DNA of 61,448 nt, counting the filler, from Choristocarpus tenellus KU-1152 (taxonomy: Eukaryota > Protista > Phaeophyceae): NCBI GenBank assembly GCA_964200185.2. It is 11 parts of 11 records of this genome, joined end to end, with 100 filler letters (N's around TTAATTAATTAA, not from the genome) between each part and the next. Parts side by side here need not be neighbours in the genome. Positions count along the whole stretch, not along the records: positions 20,728 to 26,414 come from CAXNAD020010007.1; positions 26,515 to 29,772 come from CAXNAD020021219.1; positions 29,873 to 34,096 come from CAXNAD020015605.1; positions 34,197 to 42,915 come from CAXNAD020004407.1; 7 more parts are not named here. One strand, given 5' to 3'. Positions 24,822 to 42,915 of the stretch are shown piece after piece (position 1 is the first letter of the stretch; the number at the start of each line of letters is the position of its first letter). Below the pieces are notes generated by a model. That model was not told where the DNA came from and ran no database searches. It worked only from the letters and a program-made list of their open reading frames with translations. The position numbers and the translations under genes are program-made.

Positions 24822-25322
24822 TTAACCTCGACACCTTCGTGGTGGAAGTTTTGGGCGCCTCGGTAAGCAAATAGAACAATTTCTGGTTGAGTTGGCTACA
24901 CAAGTGGTAGGGGGGAGAGGGGCGGGAGCTTACAGCAGGAAAGGAGATGTCAAATCCTGTTTACGACGGATAGTGTTTGTCTACACAAGTTGCTCTCCCA
25001 AGACGTGTAATGCATTTTAAGCTGGAGATATCAGGGAGACGGGCGAGGAGGGTCTGTCAGATTCTTGGGATGCTTCCCTAGCTCCTCGCCCAGTAGTGTA
25101 GGGTTAAGCTAGGTTTGAGGCATAGCAACAATATACAAATCACATTGTAATTTTTATGGCAGTGGTGTAGGTGAGCTGGTAGTCAAATAGTAAATAGATT
25201 TTGGAGAGATATCTTCACATTTTCGGCAACTGTTACTTTTACAGGGTTCCTTATGATATTGAATTGACTTTTCCCCTAACACATCTGGAAAATGTCAGAG
25301 GGAACAATAATATATATAAATA
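24822..25322 (+). mobile_element. CRE/R2-type non-LTR element, RLE C-terminus plus 3' UTR
   Basis: With frameshifts it reads TFVVE.FGRLGKQ.EQFLVELATQVVGGRG..YSRKGDVKSCLRRIV..TQVAL.RRVMHFKL, then a ~250-bp UTR ending in an AT-rich tail. Confidence 0.78.
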
Positions 25323-26360
25323 ATTCAGAACCACAATACTGATTGTTCAATTTCAATCTATCTCACACCTCCATAATAAATCGTTCATTTATATTATTGC
25401 TCCCTCCAACTACAAGGGGCGATAACCCAATGACCTATTTTCTGTGTGTGGACACGACTCTGCCAGGTATAGCGCTTCAGGATCGAACAAATAACGCAGC
25501 TTCATGGTGTTCGATTATGACTTCGTTACCTCAGAGAAATAGAAAAGAAACAACTACATGTGGTCTGCCCATTTCAAATTTGTTTTTCATTCAATACAAC
25601 ACATAATATAAGAAATGCTCAACGATCCAGTTTGAGTGGTATTCCGGAACGTTCAATAACATTCGCCCCATATTAGCCGTATTATCCAGGACATGTTTGC
25701 TCCGTCTGTAAGATACGTTACGAGGGCACTGTTCTGGGTCCACTTGGTCTGTAACGTCCATTGTCCAACATATAATACTCAAGTCAAAACGACTCTAATG
25801 CTGTAGAAAGTGGTTTAGGTCTTTATTAACAACTTCCAAAACAATGATGGTTACCATGGGTTCCTTAGGAAGAGTAGGCCGTGTGGGACAGTCCAATGCC
25901 TTTGCCAGCAATCCGTCAAGCACAACCTTACCACAGGGTCAAAATGGAGAGGCCTCTCATACCGTAATTGATACAATACGTGATAGGTAAACACAATGCG
26001 ATATGATTTATGCTAATACCTTTTGTTCCAATACGACTTCATCCCTTCATAAGACAAATAACTTTTCTTAGTGAGTGCACATGCTGTCCCCGTTGGTAAT
26101 AACGTCCCTAAAAACATACTGCTGGATATATATATATATATATGATTATGCTGACTGACATTTTGTAGATGTGTCGCGGAAAAATTCAAACCAGTATCAG
26201 AAGGACCCCTGTACAGTAATAGTTGTCGCAAATGTGAAAGGTATAATAAGATGTGTTGGAGACCACGACAATCTATCACACTCGTTGTAGTGTTTTGGAG
26301 TACCTGGAAAATTAGCGGCGGAGACGGGTTGTTTCGCCTACCCACTTATTTCGTGTTCTG

Positions 26361-26414
26361 GGGTCAAAGTATCTTGGGGGGAGGGGGTGGTTTGTGAGGG
26401 GGCGTCCGTTTCGG
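26361..26414 (+). mobile_element. MITE subfamily B left end at contig end
   Basis: GGGTCAAAGTATCTTGGGGGG...GGCGTCCGTTTCGG. Confidence 0.75.
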
Positions 26415-28132
26415 NNNNNNNNNNNNNNNNNNNNNNNNNNNNNNNNNNNNNNNNNNNNTTAATTAATTAANNNNNNNNNNNNNNNNNNNNNNNNNNNNNN
26501 NNNNNNNNNNNNNNCCAATGAGGTATTGTGCGTTTTTGTTTTTTTTGGAACAAAGAAAATAAATAAAAATTAAAAAAAAAAGGTAAAGAGTGGGGGGGGG
26601 GGGGGGGGAGTGAGAGGACAGAAATTGGGTAAAAGCGAAAAGGAAAGGTACAAGCGTTGACATCATGTCACATCACAAATGTCAAAAACACACACACACA
26701 CACACACACACAAGACAGGTGGGGTTATAATTTGAGAAGGCAAATTAAAAAAAAAATCCAATAGCGTGGGGTTGAGCAGTTGGAGTAGGTAGGCATATTA
26801 TATTGGGCACAAGATGTCGGGTAGAGGGTTTTGGACAAAAGAGTAGCTCCTCTCTGAGCAAGTTGAGACCCTGACGATGGGTGATAGTCTCACTGTGAGG
26901 TGGGCATGCACACTACAATGATATCTCAGGTAGCTTCAGGCAGAATGCTCAGGTACATGTTAGCACCTTGCCAGTCGGATGGATGGGGAGAGGACAAGTG
27001 CGCATCTAATTTGGAGGGAGGACCAGATGTATTCATGGGCATGTTCACAGTGGCAGCTCCTTAGCGTGAATGCTGTTTGAGGGACCCACATATGTATGTG
27101 CCTCTCTGGCTTCAGGGGGTGAAAGCAACGGAGACTGGAGAAGAAGGTAATGCCAACGCCAATGGGGAGGGAAGCTACAGCACACCATGACAAATACTTC
27201 TACTGCATCTTTCTACAAACTAAACAACGAGATGGACCTGGCAGATCCAGACCGGACATGAGAGGGGATAGAGATGTTCAACACTTCACGATTACAAGCA
27301 TTTAGAAGCAGTGCTAGTTAGGGTAGGGACCATAAACCAACCAAGCACGTACACCCTATACACAAAGCACATCACGGCCAGTAGACTGCGGCACTACTGA
27401 TATAAAGCTGGACAGTGACAATCGAGCCCCGAGATGCTTAACAGGGGTGTCCAAGGCGAGGTGACGGAAAGGGGTCGAGTTGGCCGAGCCGACCGTTGGG
27501 TGGAGAAGTCACACCAACTGTCTTAACACTTCTATGCAATTAGTGCAATCCAAAAAAACTAACCTTCCAACGGGAAAATGGTGAGGAACGCACAAAACTC
27601 CCAATGTTCACCACAGGAAGATTTTTTTTTTCTGCATGGGGATGGTACTAGGTAGGGTCAAGTGTCAACGGAACATAGTGGCTAAAGTACAGAAGAATGA
27701 GCGTCAGAGTGAATCTAAATTGAGGGGCATACTTCAAAAGGTAATGAGTTAAGGACGTGTGCTAGAGAAGTCACACTGGACACAAGAGGTCATCAGTGAT
27801 TTTCTGTCACATTTTGCTCCCATCTTGCCACGAAAAAAGATGCCTAGCAGCCCCCCTTGCAGCACTGCCCTTGCAAAGAGTTGATTGGAGGCACATTAAA
27901 TGGAAGTATGCTCTCCCTGCCCCCTCCCATGACAACTTTTGGTAGAGGTACCAAGCCATACAGTAAATACAGGGGGTACACAGACAACAAAATCAAGGCA
28001 ATGCAGCTACCCACACAAACATATTTCGAATCTACTGTACACTAGTGTAATCCAACACACACACGCACAAACAGAAGGACAGGATCACATAAAATATTAC
28101 TAATACGCTGACTGTAAGAAAGAGACACTTGC

Positions 28133-29249
28133 CTGGATGACAACCAAGTCATTCATGCGACAATATCCAGCACCCATCGCTGCTCGGAGTCCAGCTGTGC
28201 CAAATCTCAGCCGTTTGCCCATGAGAAGTCTTGGTTGTAGGGGCATTGAGAAGTAGGTTGTGGGGTGGGTATGTCATGTATGCTCCAAGCTAGGTCAGCA
28301 CTTAGACGCTGGTCAGTGCTACTTCAGCAGAGGTGTATGGGTTCTCTGGTCTTAGTTTGGAGTCTCTGCTTTGCCAAAGTAATCCCCATTCATAGATGGG
28401 CACACAAGGCGAATTTCTTGCACCAATGGCATCGGGTATGAGACAGGGGATTGAATACTTCGGGATTGTGAGAGTTCCTGTTTAGGGCTAAGTTATACAC
28501 ACTCAACGTCGAACCGAGATCATCTGAAGGTGGCATATATTGGTGGGCTCTTCCAACCCTTAATGCTCTTCTAAGTCTTTCAGTTAGACGGCTTACCAAC
28601 TCTGCTGGGCAAATAGAGTCGATAATTGGAACGTTGCATAATAATACCCAACCCAAATTACAGAGGGATTTCCTAACTGGGTTTCACCAATTTAGAGAAA
28701 AGCAATCTGAAATGACGAAGTGAGCAGTAGATGCACAATTCCTCCTTGCGTACAGACACCACCTTTAAGGTGAACAATAGTTGCTAAAACCGAATTTCTA
28801 CTTCGGGAACTGGAGAACTCCAGATACGAAGCAGATAACCATGCAAAGTAAACCTAGGATAAACGTACAAAATATTCCTTCACTACTCTAATCTGCAGCA
28901 CATGCCTACAGAAATTCTCATTTTATCCCCAACGTTGACCGATATTTCCAAATTGTGTAGCTTAGGCAGATTCAGCGTTGTTGCCAACAGAGCAGCGGGT
29001 TTACAAGGGATGGGTTAGGCATGATACGCATCTAATCCAAGTGAAAGCCAAGGTATGTCAGACGCCTCTCCTCCTCGTTGATTGTGGTATAGGCTAGGCT
29101 CTTACCACGTCCATGCCAACACACCTGGAAATTGCTTTCTCATCCGCATCCTCCAGCAATCCTCTAACAGCATCTCTTGTGTGTGGGTTAGGATCCCACT
29201 CCAGCCATCGCTTTGCCACCTCTCGAAAACTAGGTCCGAGCACCGACAT
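28133..29249 (-). CDS. Phosphoglucomutase/phosphopentomutase (PGM2-type alpha-D-phosphohexomutase), first two exons; 3'-partial
   Basis: Exons 29249-29125 and 28229-28133 splice in frame: MSVLGPSFREVAKRWLEWDPNPHTRDAVRGLLEDADEKAISR-LLMGKRLRFGTAGLRAAMGAGYCRMNDLVVIQ. FGTAGLRAAMGAG..RMNDL is the PGM2 domain-I signature. Confidence 0.9.
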
Positions 29250-29872
29250 AGAACTTCCACTCTCCTTCTCGTCACACTCTCAGCTCATCGGTAATCTAGC
29301 ACTATCGATGTCTTCCACAGAGGGTGCGATCGCTGATGATTGCACCCAAGGACTCAAAAACCTGCATGTGGTAAGGTTAGCACCTCTTTCAAGAAGCTCC
29401 TTGAAAAAAAATCGACACAAATCTCACATATAGATCGATTGATTTGTGATTAGTTAAATACATGGTGGAACAACAGTCCCAACATTGTTGCTTAGAGTGT
29501 GAATGCTTCAGTATTGTACAGTAGGTGCCCCTATTTTGGACCAAATATTATGAACCAAATCGAAAAATATGCAATTTTGTACTGCTTTTTTCGACATGCT
29601 AAAAAAAATAGGCTTTTGTACCGGAATTCTCGTCTTCGGGTGATTTGCCACAAATGACCAGAAATATGCACGTGAGTGTGGCGCGCGCGTATAAATTTCT
29701 CGCGAAAAGTGCCTTTCTTCCTGAGTCATGCTACCAAACAGCAGTACAGTACGTTGCTGGTAGGGGAATAAANNNNNNNNNNNNNNNNNNNNNNNNNNNN
29801 NNNNNNNNNNNNNNNNTTAATTAATTAANNNNNNNNNNNNNNNNNNNNNNNNNNNNNNNNNNNNNNNNNNNN

Positions 29873-29901
29873 CGCCCCCCCCCCCCAAGATACTTTGACC
29901 C
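29873..29901 (-). mobile_element. MITE subfamily B terminus at contig start
   Basis: Poly-C followed by AAGATACTTTGACCC. Confidence 0.75.
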
Positions 29902-30469
29902 TTGAACGAAACTTTGCGTCGAGCTTTGAGCTAAGTACTGAGTGGAATATCAAGAAGAGAAGGACACCTGACACCCTACAAACTGTTGTAAAGGGCGACG
30001 CCCCCATAGCGTCGTTTTAAGGTCGTTGGATTTGAGTTATACATTCTGTGGAGGTGAGTTCTGAGGGGTGCCTGTAACATGGAGGTCCTACCGCTTCTCT
30101 TCAAACTGGAGAGAATACTCAGTATTCACCTCAGCACTTAGGATTCTTTGTAGCTTCCTACGCCCGCCTGGATTATTTTCTTTTCCCACTGGGGTTTCTG
30201 GTCTTCATTCGTCGTCTACGGGATTTCCTCCTTGGGCTCGTCGTCTTCATGGGTGTGAGGGCTTCTGTGGCTCTGAGGGAATCGCCCTTCTATAGTCGTA
30301 AAATGAGTGACCTCTGATCGCCACATCACTTGCCTACAGTCATAAAATGAGTGGTCTTTGATCACCATGGTTGAGACGTTGCCTAGGTAGTCAATTGTTC
30401 TGCGTTCCTTTACTCAAATATTCTGTTCTCTTTTGGTTGCCATCTTGCCCTTTACCTCCTAGGTTCGCA

Positions 30470-31911
30470 GACATGTCTGGCTCACAGTATTCGCGAGAAG
30501 TTGAGGTTGCCTCCGACCTACAGATTCTCCAAGGAATCGACGATCCCAAGAGATTCCAGCCCAGTATCACAACTCGAGGCAATTCTGGTCGCAGTCATGT
30601 CCACGCTGCTGAACGTTGAGGCAGGTGCAGAGAGCACGTTCGTTTTCGGTCTTCCACTCGTGGCAAATCTCGCTCCAGGTCGAGATCCCGGGACAGGCGC
30701 TCTCATCGACACGGACAGAGGACCAGAGAAGAACGCAGAGGCCGCACCCGTTCTCCGCGTTGTCACTGTTGGACCAGTGATGTTTATTCTTCACGCAGGT
30801 CTGTATCACCCAGACCATCTCGGAGGAATAACCTGAGTACGGTACATCGGTCCAGAGAGGTTGAGTCATACTTGTGAAGAGAAATTCATGAGTTGTTGCG
30901 TACATGAGTTGAGTCAAATGAGTCACATTTCGGTAGGCAACAGCCAGACAGAGCCTCTCACAACCTCGACATGTGTTATCATCAAGATTGTGTTAAAACC
31001 ATGAAAGGCGTTCATAAGAAACTCGGAGACCCTGCCAACGGCCCCGTCTTTCTTGGAGTATCTGCAGATAACTCCACCCCAACCGTGTCAAACAATCCCG
31101 TTTTTTTCGCTGACGCTCTTACCAAGGCTTTAGGGAGGGTTCCAGGAGGTCGTAAGCCTTACCCAAAGATCGTGTCCACTATCGTAATACATCACATCCA
31201 CGTAGTGATGCCCTTACCCCTTTCCGCATCGAGCTTCTTGAGAAACTGCTGTCTGACTCTCTTAGGACCCACAGCGATCTCCTAAGCGACTCATCTACAG
31301 TGGAAGTCCTGAGCGTCACCGGACACCTCCTTCGGGTTCCTCGGAAAGACATGACAGCGACTGAATGGGTCCGTATCCTGGTGAGAGAATGCACTCTTTC
31401 TCATAGTCGAAAAATGCCATAAGGAATGCAATGAGTTCTTTAAGGACCGAGAGAGAGGAATCGTGCAAACCTGCAGCCAACCGCCTTGTCCTACATTATC
31501 GAGCGTACACCGTAGATTCGCGGATGCTTCGTGTTTGCGACAACTTTCTTTCGGAGGTATATAGCTGAAGACCAACTCATTGATCTATGTGAACGAGCTC
31601 TTCCTATTTTTCTTCCCAATGTTTTAGATCAGATTTTTGTACAGTCAATGTCATTTTCATTTCGAAAGGACATTCGGACTCAAATTCGCCCACTGGCAAT
31701 TTCCCAGAATAATCCTTTAGGAGATGAAATGGTACAGGGGGGAATTAAAGCAGAACGGATTTTTGACGATCTTATCGAAGAATTGTCCAATCGTAGCGAC
31801 CAGTACGCATTTGTCCCAACCAATCAAAATGCTACAAAATCTGCATCGTACCAAGATAAGACACCTACTGCTTTAAGTAATAACGCACATGTTCATGCAA
31901 CCACTTCGTGA
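30470..31911 (+). mobile_element. Degenerate intronless gag-like coding region of an LTR retroelement (unresolved)
   Basis: A chain of frameshifted protein-like ORFs (30501-30836, 30971-31285, 31531-31911) without splice signals, abutting Copia fragments. No diagnostic motif was recognised. Confidence 0.35.
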
Positions 31912-31914
31912 AGA

Positions 31915-32676
31915 TTACCCTGTATCTGTATTTGAGGAAAATTATATCGCAATCAAGATTCCTAAGAAGGCAGTATCTGGGGTAGAACCAAGCACATTGA
32001 TATTAGGTATCACAATGTACGTCAGTTGGAGAGGGAAGACAAGATAGCAATTGGGTATTTGCCAACGGAATTTCAACATGCTGATCTTTTTATTAAGGGT
32101 TTGTCTAAGAACTCTTTCAGTAGGCATTCCAGTGTTATCACGGGTAGAATGAATTGGGATTGATTTCTGTGTTGAGGATATGTTCAAGAACGTTTGTGGT
32201 GCTGTTTTTTACTTGAAGTTCAAAGTAGGGGAGTGTGTTAAGAATATGCTTTTATTCATGTGTAATAGAAGATTCTGTAGAAGAAACAACCTAAGGATGA
32301 AGAGTCAGTGTTTATATTCTGAACAATAGAGTTTAGGTTGGGTTTCAAGAACTAGAATATGGAAGAGTTCAGGAATAGGAAGCATTTGTGGGAAGTAATT
32401 TTTGATTAGTTTGATTGGTCATTCACGGAATAGAATTGATTTGGTGGCAAGGACCCCCCCCCTTTGGGGCTTGATGAACACTCTCCTTTCTTACACCTTC
32501 CTTACTTCATGTACAACCTGTTCTGCATAATAAGGAATTAACAAGTCATTTACATACACAAGTCTTGGCAACACCAATTTCTTTATCACGAATGATCATT
32601 TGTTCCCCCGTTGAGGAAGGGGGAAACTCCTGCTATCTGCATACCCCATCATGACGGGGGCAGTCAAGCTACAACA
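31915..32676 (+). mobile_element. Ty1/Copia 3' end: RNase H C-terminus, PPT and 441-bp LTR (32236-32676)
   Basis: GRTKHIDIRYHNVRQLEREDKIAIGYLPTEFQHADLFIKGL is the Copia RNase H motif. A purine tract AAAGTAGGGGAG precedes an LTR bounded by TGTT...AACA, whose start recurs at 55564-55637. Confidence 0.88.
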
Positions 32677-32679
32677 TTC

Positions 32680-33860
32680 TCCCCTTGATAAAGGATGGGG
32701 ACAAGACAGTTGTGGTGTATTATTTGTTGTTATCTGCGTATTGCCCTTCACATCTCCCAAGCACTAACTGCTATATCTTCTCTCAGTCCACTCTCAGTCC
32801 AAGAGGTGGGGTGTGTTGAGAGTGGTATCTCCTTTACTGATCGAGGATACAAGGGGAATATGAGGTTAACATTTAATGTTTGGATGGAGGTACAAGATGG
32901 TGTTGAGAGAGATGTTTTCCTGGATTGGTAAGAGTTCAGGAAGTGGATACTGGACGCTGAAGGTCATAATGCTGTAGCACTTCACCTGGTAGCCGTGCAA
33001 ACTCCTTTGATTTATCTGCTGTTTTGTTTTACAAGAGTTGCATTGTTTGATATGTTTTGTCTGTTTTCCATTGAGACTACTTTTGTGATTTGTGTGAGTG
33101 ATGAATGAGTCTATCAGAGTGTTAACAGATGATATTCCTCCAGAACCCAAGACTATAAGAACAGCACGTAGTTCTCCTGAATGTAATTTGTGGGATCGAG
33201 CTAGAGAAGAAGAGATGTCTGGTTAGTTGTTTGAATGACATTTGGGTAGAGAACGTGTTACTCCCTGGACGCAAGGTAATATACACCAAATACACCAAAT
33301 ATATTCACTAGCACAAGTTCAATAAAATCGATAAGGCAGTGAGATACAAGGCATGTGTAGTAGCAACAGGATCTTCATGAGACCAAGGATTTAGATTTTC
33401 TGTGATACCTTTGCCCTTACGACATAGCCTGTACGTTTGAGAATGGTTTTGGAACTAGTTACAGATAAGGTTTCATGCATTGGGATATGAAGCAGAATCA
33501 GAAATCAGAGAGGGAATATTTGTTCATTTGTGTGACGGATGTAGTTTATGGTCAGTGAAGATGGTGCGTTTAGTGAAAGATCTTTATGCCACCAAACAGA
33601 CTAGCAGGGAGTTGAATAATTTGTTGGTGCACGTTTTGGAAAAATGTGTTTTTGAGAAATGCAGAGCAGATCCCTGTGTGTTATGCTATGTACGAAATCA
33701 TGTTTTTTGCGCTGGAATAGCCCCTCACGTTGACGATCGATCTTATGGTGGCAGGAATACCTGATATCTTGGTTCGGGTTCGCTCCAGGATCAAGAAAGA
33801 GCTTCGAATAGAAGATTTTGGTGATATTGAATACTATATGGGTTGTGAGATTTCGCATGA
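32680..33860 (+). mobile_element. Decayed Ty1/Copia pol fragment (reverse transcriptase, RVT_2-type)
   Basis: PEPKTIRTARSSPECNLWDRAREEEM, RYKACVVATG, LVKDLYATKQTSRE, CRADPCVL and HVDD occur in Copia RT order, with stops and frameshifts. Confidence 0.85.
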
Positions 33861-33864
33861 CAGA

Positions 33865-34096
33865 GAGCCAAAGTATCTAAGAGGATAGAGCCGCGTCCTT
33901 TTGGGGGCCAAAATCCAATGTTGCGATTTTGATGTAATTTTAGCTATCGTATTTGTTAGGAAGTGTCATTGTCCATGTTTCGGACACACCTTTTCATAAT
34001 ATATATATTTTACCTACTTTTAAACATTTTGGAGTAAGAAAATGTCATTAAGAAACCCATGGGAAGCGAAGCCCCAAATGGACAAACAGGGCAAAA
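33865..34096 (+). mobile_element. MITE subfamily A, truncated at contig end
   Basis: GAGCCAAAGTATCTAAGAGGATAG...; colinear with 7081-7335. Confidence 0.85.
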
Positions 34097-34196
34097 NNNN
34101 NNNNNNNNNNNNNNNNNNNNNNNNNNNNNNNNNNNNNNNNTTAATTAATTAANNNNNNNNNNNNNNNNNNNNNNNNNNNNNNNNNNNNNNNNNNNN

Positions 34197-39656
<5,460 letters not shown>

Positions 39657-41721
39657 CGTACAGGAGAGAAACTTGTGTCACAGCTCTGCTTCAAAGCCAT
39701 GGATGAGGCCATTTGTAGATGCTTGTGCCATGATAATTGATTGCGAAGACGTGAACACATAATATAGTTATTTTTCTGTTTGAGAAGAGTTGAATGGCCA
39801 GAGGTGGCATGTGCTGCCTCTCGCTGGGAATGATATGCATTACATTGCTGAGAGGACAGTACAATAAAAGCACGCTGTATTAATCAACGTCCCTGGCTAT
39901 TGGGCGATGGCAGATATTACGTAAACCCTTTGTGGCAGGCAGATGTCAATGCCTACAATAATTTGTGATTATTGCGTTCATAGGGGATTGTTCTTGTTGG
40001 TGGTGATTTGTTTTTTAATCTTTTTAGCATCCTTGGTACTGCACTTTTTTGTGGCCTGCATGATGCACTGGTCTGCTCAACCTGAAGCCTGTTGTTTTTT
40101 CTCTGCTGTCCCTTGAATATTGTTACAGCCGACATTGACATTGTGCAGGTGTTAGGTACGAGTTGCATGTATGATGTGCATGTATATGAGGAAGGGAAAT
40201 GAACACACACAGGTACAAACATCTGCTTGAAGGTGCATGTACACAACTTTTTTTTATGGGTACATAGTAGTGCATTGTCTGATTTGTGACTTGTTAACCC
40301 GTGTTTCTATTTTATGTTGGTGAGGCTGATCTCTGAAAAAAAGGAGGCCTGCATGGTGGGAGCATTGGAATGCTACTGGGGACACAATTGTACCTGAAAA
40401 GTGCCCCAACAGATGCCTCTTTATGGTTTGTGGGCTGGTGTACATAACCGTTCTGAGTTGTCTATGGGATAATCCAGTTATGCGTTTCTTGGCATATCCT
40501 ACTCTTCTCATTTGCTGGGTGAACTTCCCCCTTTACACTTCACACCTTTCTCCATATATGAGAGTTCAAGAGACACTGTGTTGGAGCAGGGGAGGGGGGG
40601 GAAGTGGAGCGTTCTCCTGTAACTTTATACTAGCAGGAAAAGATATTCTGGGTGCTTGCTTTGCTCTTTATTCCGTTACTTTACCTCGCTTGGTTTTCTG
40701 TCTGTAGAGATACTTCACAAAAGAAGGAAATGAGTTAATTATCGTTTATTTTGCCAATTTGTTGAGAGAGCAGGAGGAAGGGACTTCATCACTGGAGGAC
40801 GGAGAGAGGTGGGTTATGTGCAGTTGACGTGGAAAAAGGTGTAGAGGGAGGGGGGGGCATTGGTTGCATCTTCCCAACACTCACACCTGACCCAGATGTT
40901 TGAGCTTGAGAGTGTTTATAGGGTGACTGGCTGGCAGTGATGGGACAATGGGAGGATGTTATTGCAGGGATCAAATAGTACGTAACTTTGCTCTGATTTT
41001 GTTAACCAAGGAAATCACATTATCTATCTGCTCTTATAATGATATTTGACACAAATGTGTCCAATGCCCCACACGAGGTATGCCCGAGGGAAGGTGTATG
41101 AGCAAAAATAGTTCATTGGATGAAGGTTAATTTCTTAGAGGTTGAAAGTTGCTTGTGATATTACAAAGATTTGCGAAGTTAGTAGGGTACAGGAAGGGAG
41201 GAGTGAACCAAATATGTCCTTGCGCCTGTGCTTCAAAGCTGATGGTATATTTTTGATGAATAAATCAATCGCTGAGATGGTCTCTGTCCACATTCTACTT
41301 GGCCTTTTCCCATCATTCACCATCACAGAACGTAAGTCAGGTGATGATGCTTGATCTTGCTAGACCATGCAGCGCTAGGTGCACATATTTTTGCAGTAGT
41401 CATATTGAGCCTAAGTAAATGATGGGTGCCAGAGTTTATCCATATTACACTGTAAGTCATTTTAATTCATGTTTTGCAATTCAACGCTTTTTTGTATGGA
41501 TGAAGTGCGAAGAGTGACTTCAGTCCATCTAAGTGTCTCAAAATTTTCGACAGAATTCAGTGAAGTCCCGGTACACACGTGTAAAAAGAGTCGAATTGTG
41601 CACATTTGCCAGCATTCAAAAACGCAACCATACATACCTCTCATTTACTTTGGTTCACTTCCTATCCTGATACTACAGGCAATCATATATGTCTGTGTTT
41701 GCGTTACTTTTTTCTTTTGGA

Positions 41722-42664
41722 AAGATACTCTGGAGTAGTTTCAGAGTGATGATGGGTTGCAGTCCGTCTGTGATTTCATGTGGCAGGACGAGGTAAAAAG
41801 GGAAGGTGTCATTGACATCTCTGGGGCCGACACTGGCACATCAGGCATGGAAGGAGAGGGTATGGCAGACCAGAATATCCCTCCACCTGGAGAGGAAGGG
41901 GCAGCAGAGTAACCCACATCTCCAGGTGAAGGGGCGGGTGCTGCACCACCCATGGCATGTTCTGGAAGGGGAACAGGTCTTTGCCCACAGGCAACTGTGA
42001 ACGTTTGGGGGCATAAAGAGCCAAAGCATTTAAGAGGGTAGGGCGGCGTCCGTTCGGGGTCATAAATCCAATGTTGCGATTTTGATGAATTTTGGCTATC
42101 ACGTTTGTTAGCAAGTGTCAACATCCTTGTCCAAACACATCCTTCATAGTCATACATTTTAGGTAACTGTGTTCACGCAGGAAACAGAAAAAGGGTATGA
42201 ACAACCCGTGGAAGTCAAGCCCCGAATGGAAAAACTGGGCAAAAACTCCTACCCTCTTCAATTTTTTGGTTCAATCTGCACCTGGCGATTGGTTTTCAGT
42301 CAGCCTGCTTGTCTTTGTCCTCCATGGACTGTTTGGCCTGGATGGCATGGAACCTTTCTCGGACAGAATGTCCGAGGGACCAAGAAGGAGTGAGGCTTTG
42401 TCTGTTCCACTGAAGGAGGTGACAAACACAAACTGTGATGCTATCTGAAGTCCCTTGGACATGGGGATTTTACGGGAAAAAAGGAAAAGACCGATTGGCA
42501 GGGCAAAGTTGATAAAAATGGCTAAGAAACCCTCCACAAGGGATGGTGATAATTTGACAGAAACAGTATCTCTTTGCCTTCAATTGTCGAAGTCATATGT
42601 TTCTTCAATAGGAAGAAGGCTAAGGAGATTGAGGTCATGAGACTAGAACAACTGGAAAAGACAA
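41722..42664 (+). pseudogene. Degenerate coding remnant interrupted by MITEs; possibly a PIF/Harbinger ORF1-like accessory protein
   Basis: Protein-like frame with several stops, ending ...REKRKRPIGRAKLIKMAKK...RKKAKEIEVMRLEQLEK. The RPxGRxxxK motif plus coiled coil resembles Harbinger ORF1 C-termini (weak). Confidence 0.3.
42018..42272 (+). mobile_element. MITE subfamily A variant, 255 bp
   Basis: GAGCCAAAGCATTTAAGAGGGTAGG...CCTACCCTCTTCAATTTTTTGGTTC. Confidence 0.85.
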
Positions 42665-42915
42665 GAGTGAATGTATCTTAAGAGGGTACGAGTTTTGCCC
42701 TGTTTGTCCGTTTGGGGCTTGGCTTCCCATAAGTTTTATTATGACATTGTCCTACTCTAAAATATTTTGGAGTAGTAGGTAAAATATTTACGTTATTATA
42801 AAAAGATTTATCCAGAACAAGGATAATTGACACTTCCTGGCTCAAAGTATCTGGGAGGGGGTGGTGGCTGTCCTTTGTGGTCAATTTTTGTATGTCGTGA
42901 TTTTTGGGTTATATG
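42665..42915 (-). mobile_element. MITE subfamily A fragment (42665-42838) interrupted by a subfamily B end (42839-42915)
   Basis: GAGTGAATGTATCTTAAGAGGGTACG... aligns with the 46050 copy until GGCTCAAAGTATCTGGGAGGGGG begins. Confidence 0.75.

Noticed and set aside
25590-25930. Possible Fanzor/TnpB-like remnant on the minus strand
   Set aside because: No RuvC or zinc-finger motifs could be identified; the similarity is too vague.
29517-29545. TA-CAGTAGGTGCCCC as a pogo/Tc1-like TIR
   Set aside because: No matching inverted copy in the contig.
30360-30390. CA followed by TGGTTGAGACG as an LTR end plus PBS
   Set aside because: Could not be matched to a tRNA 3' end, and no partner LTR is visible.
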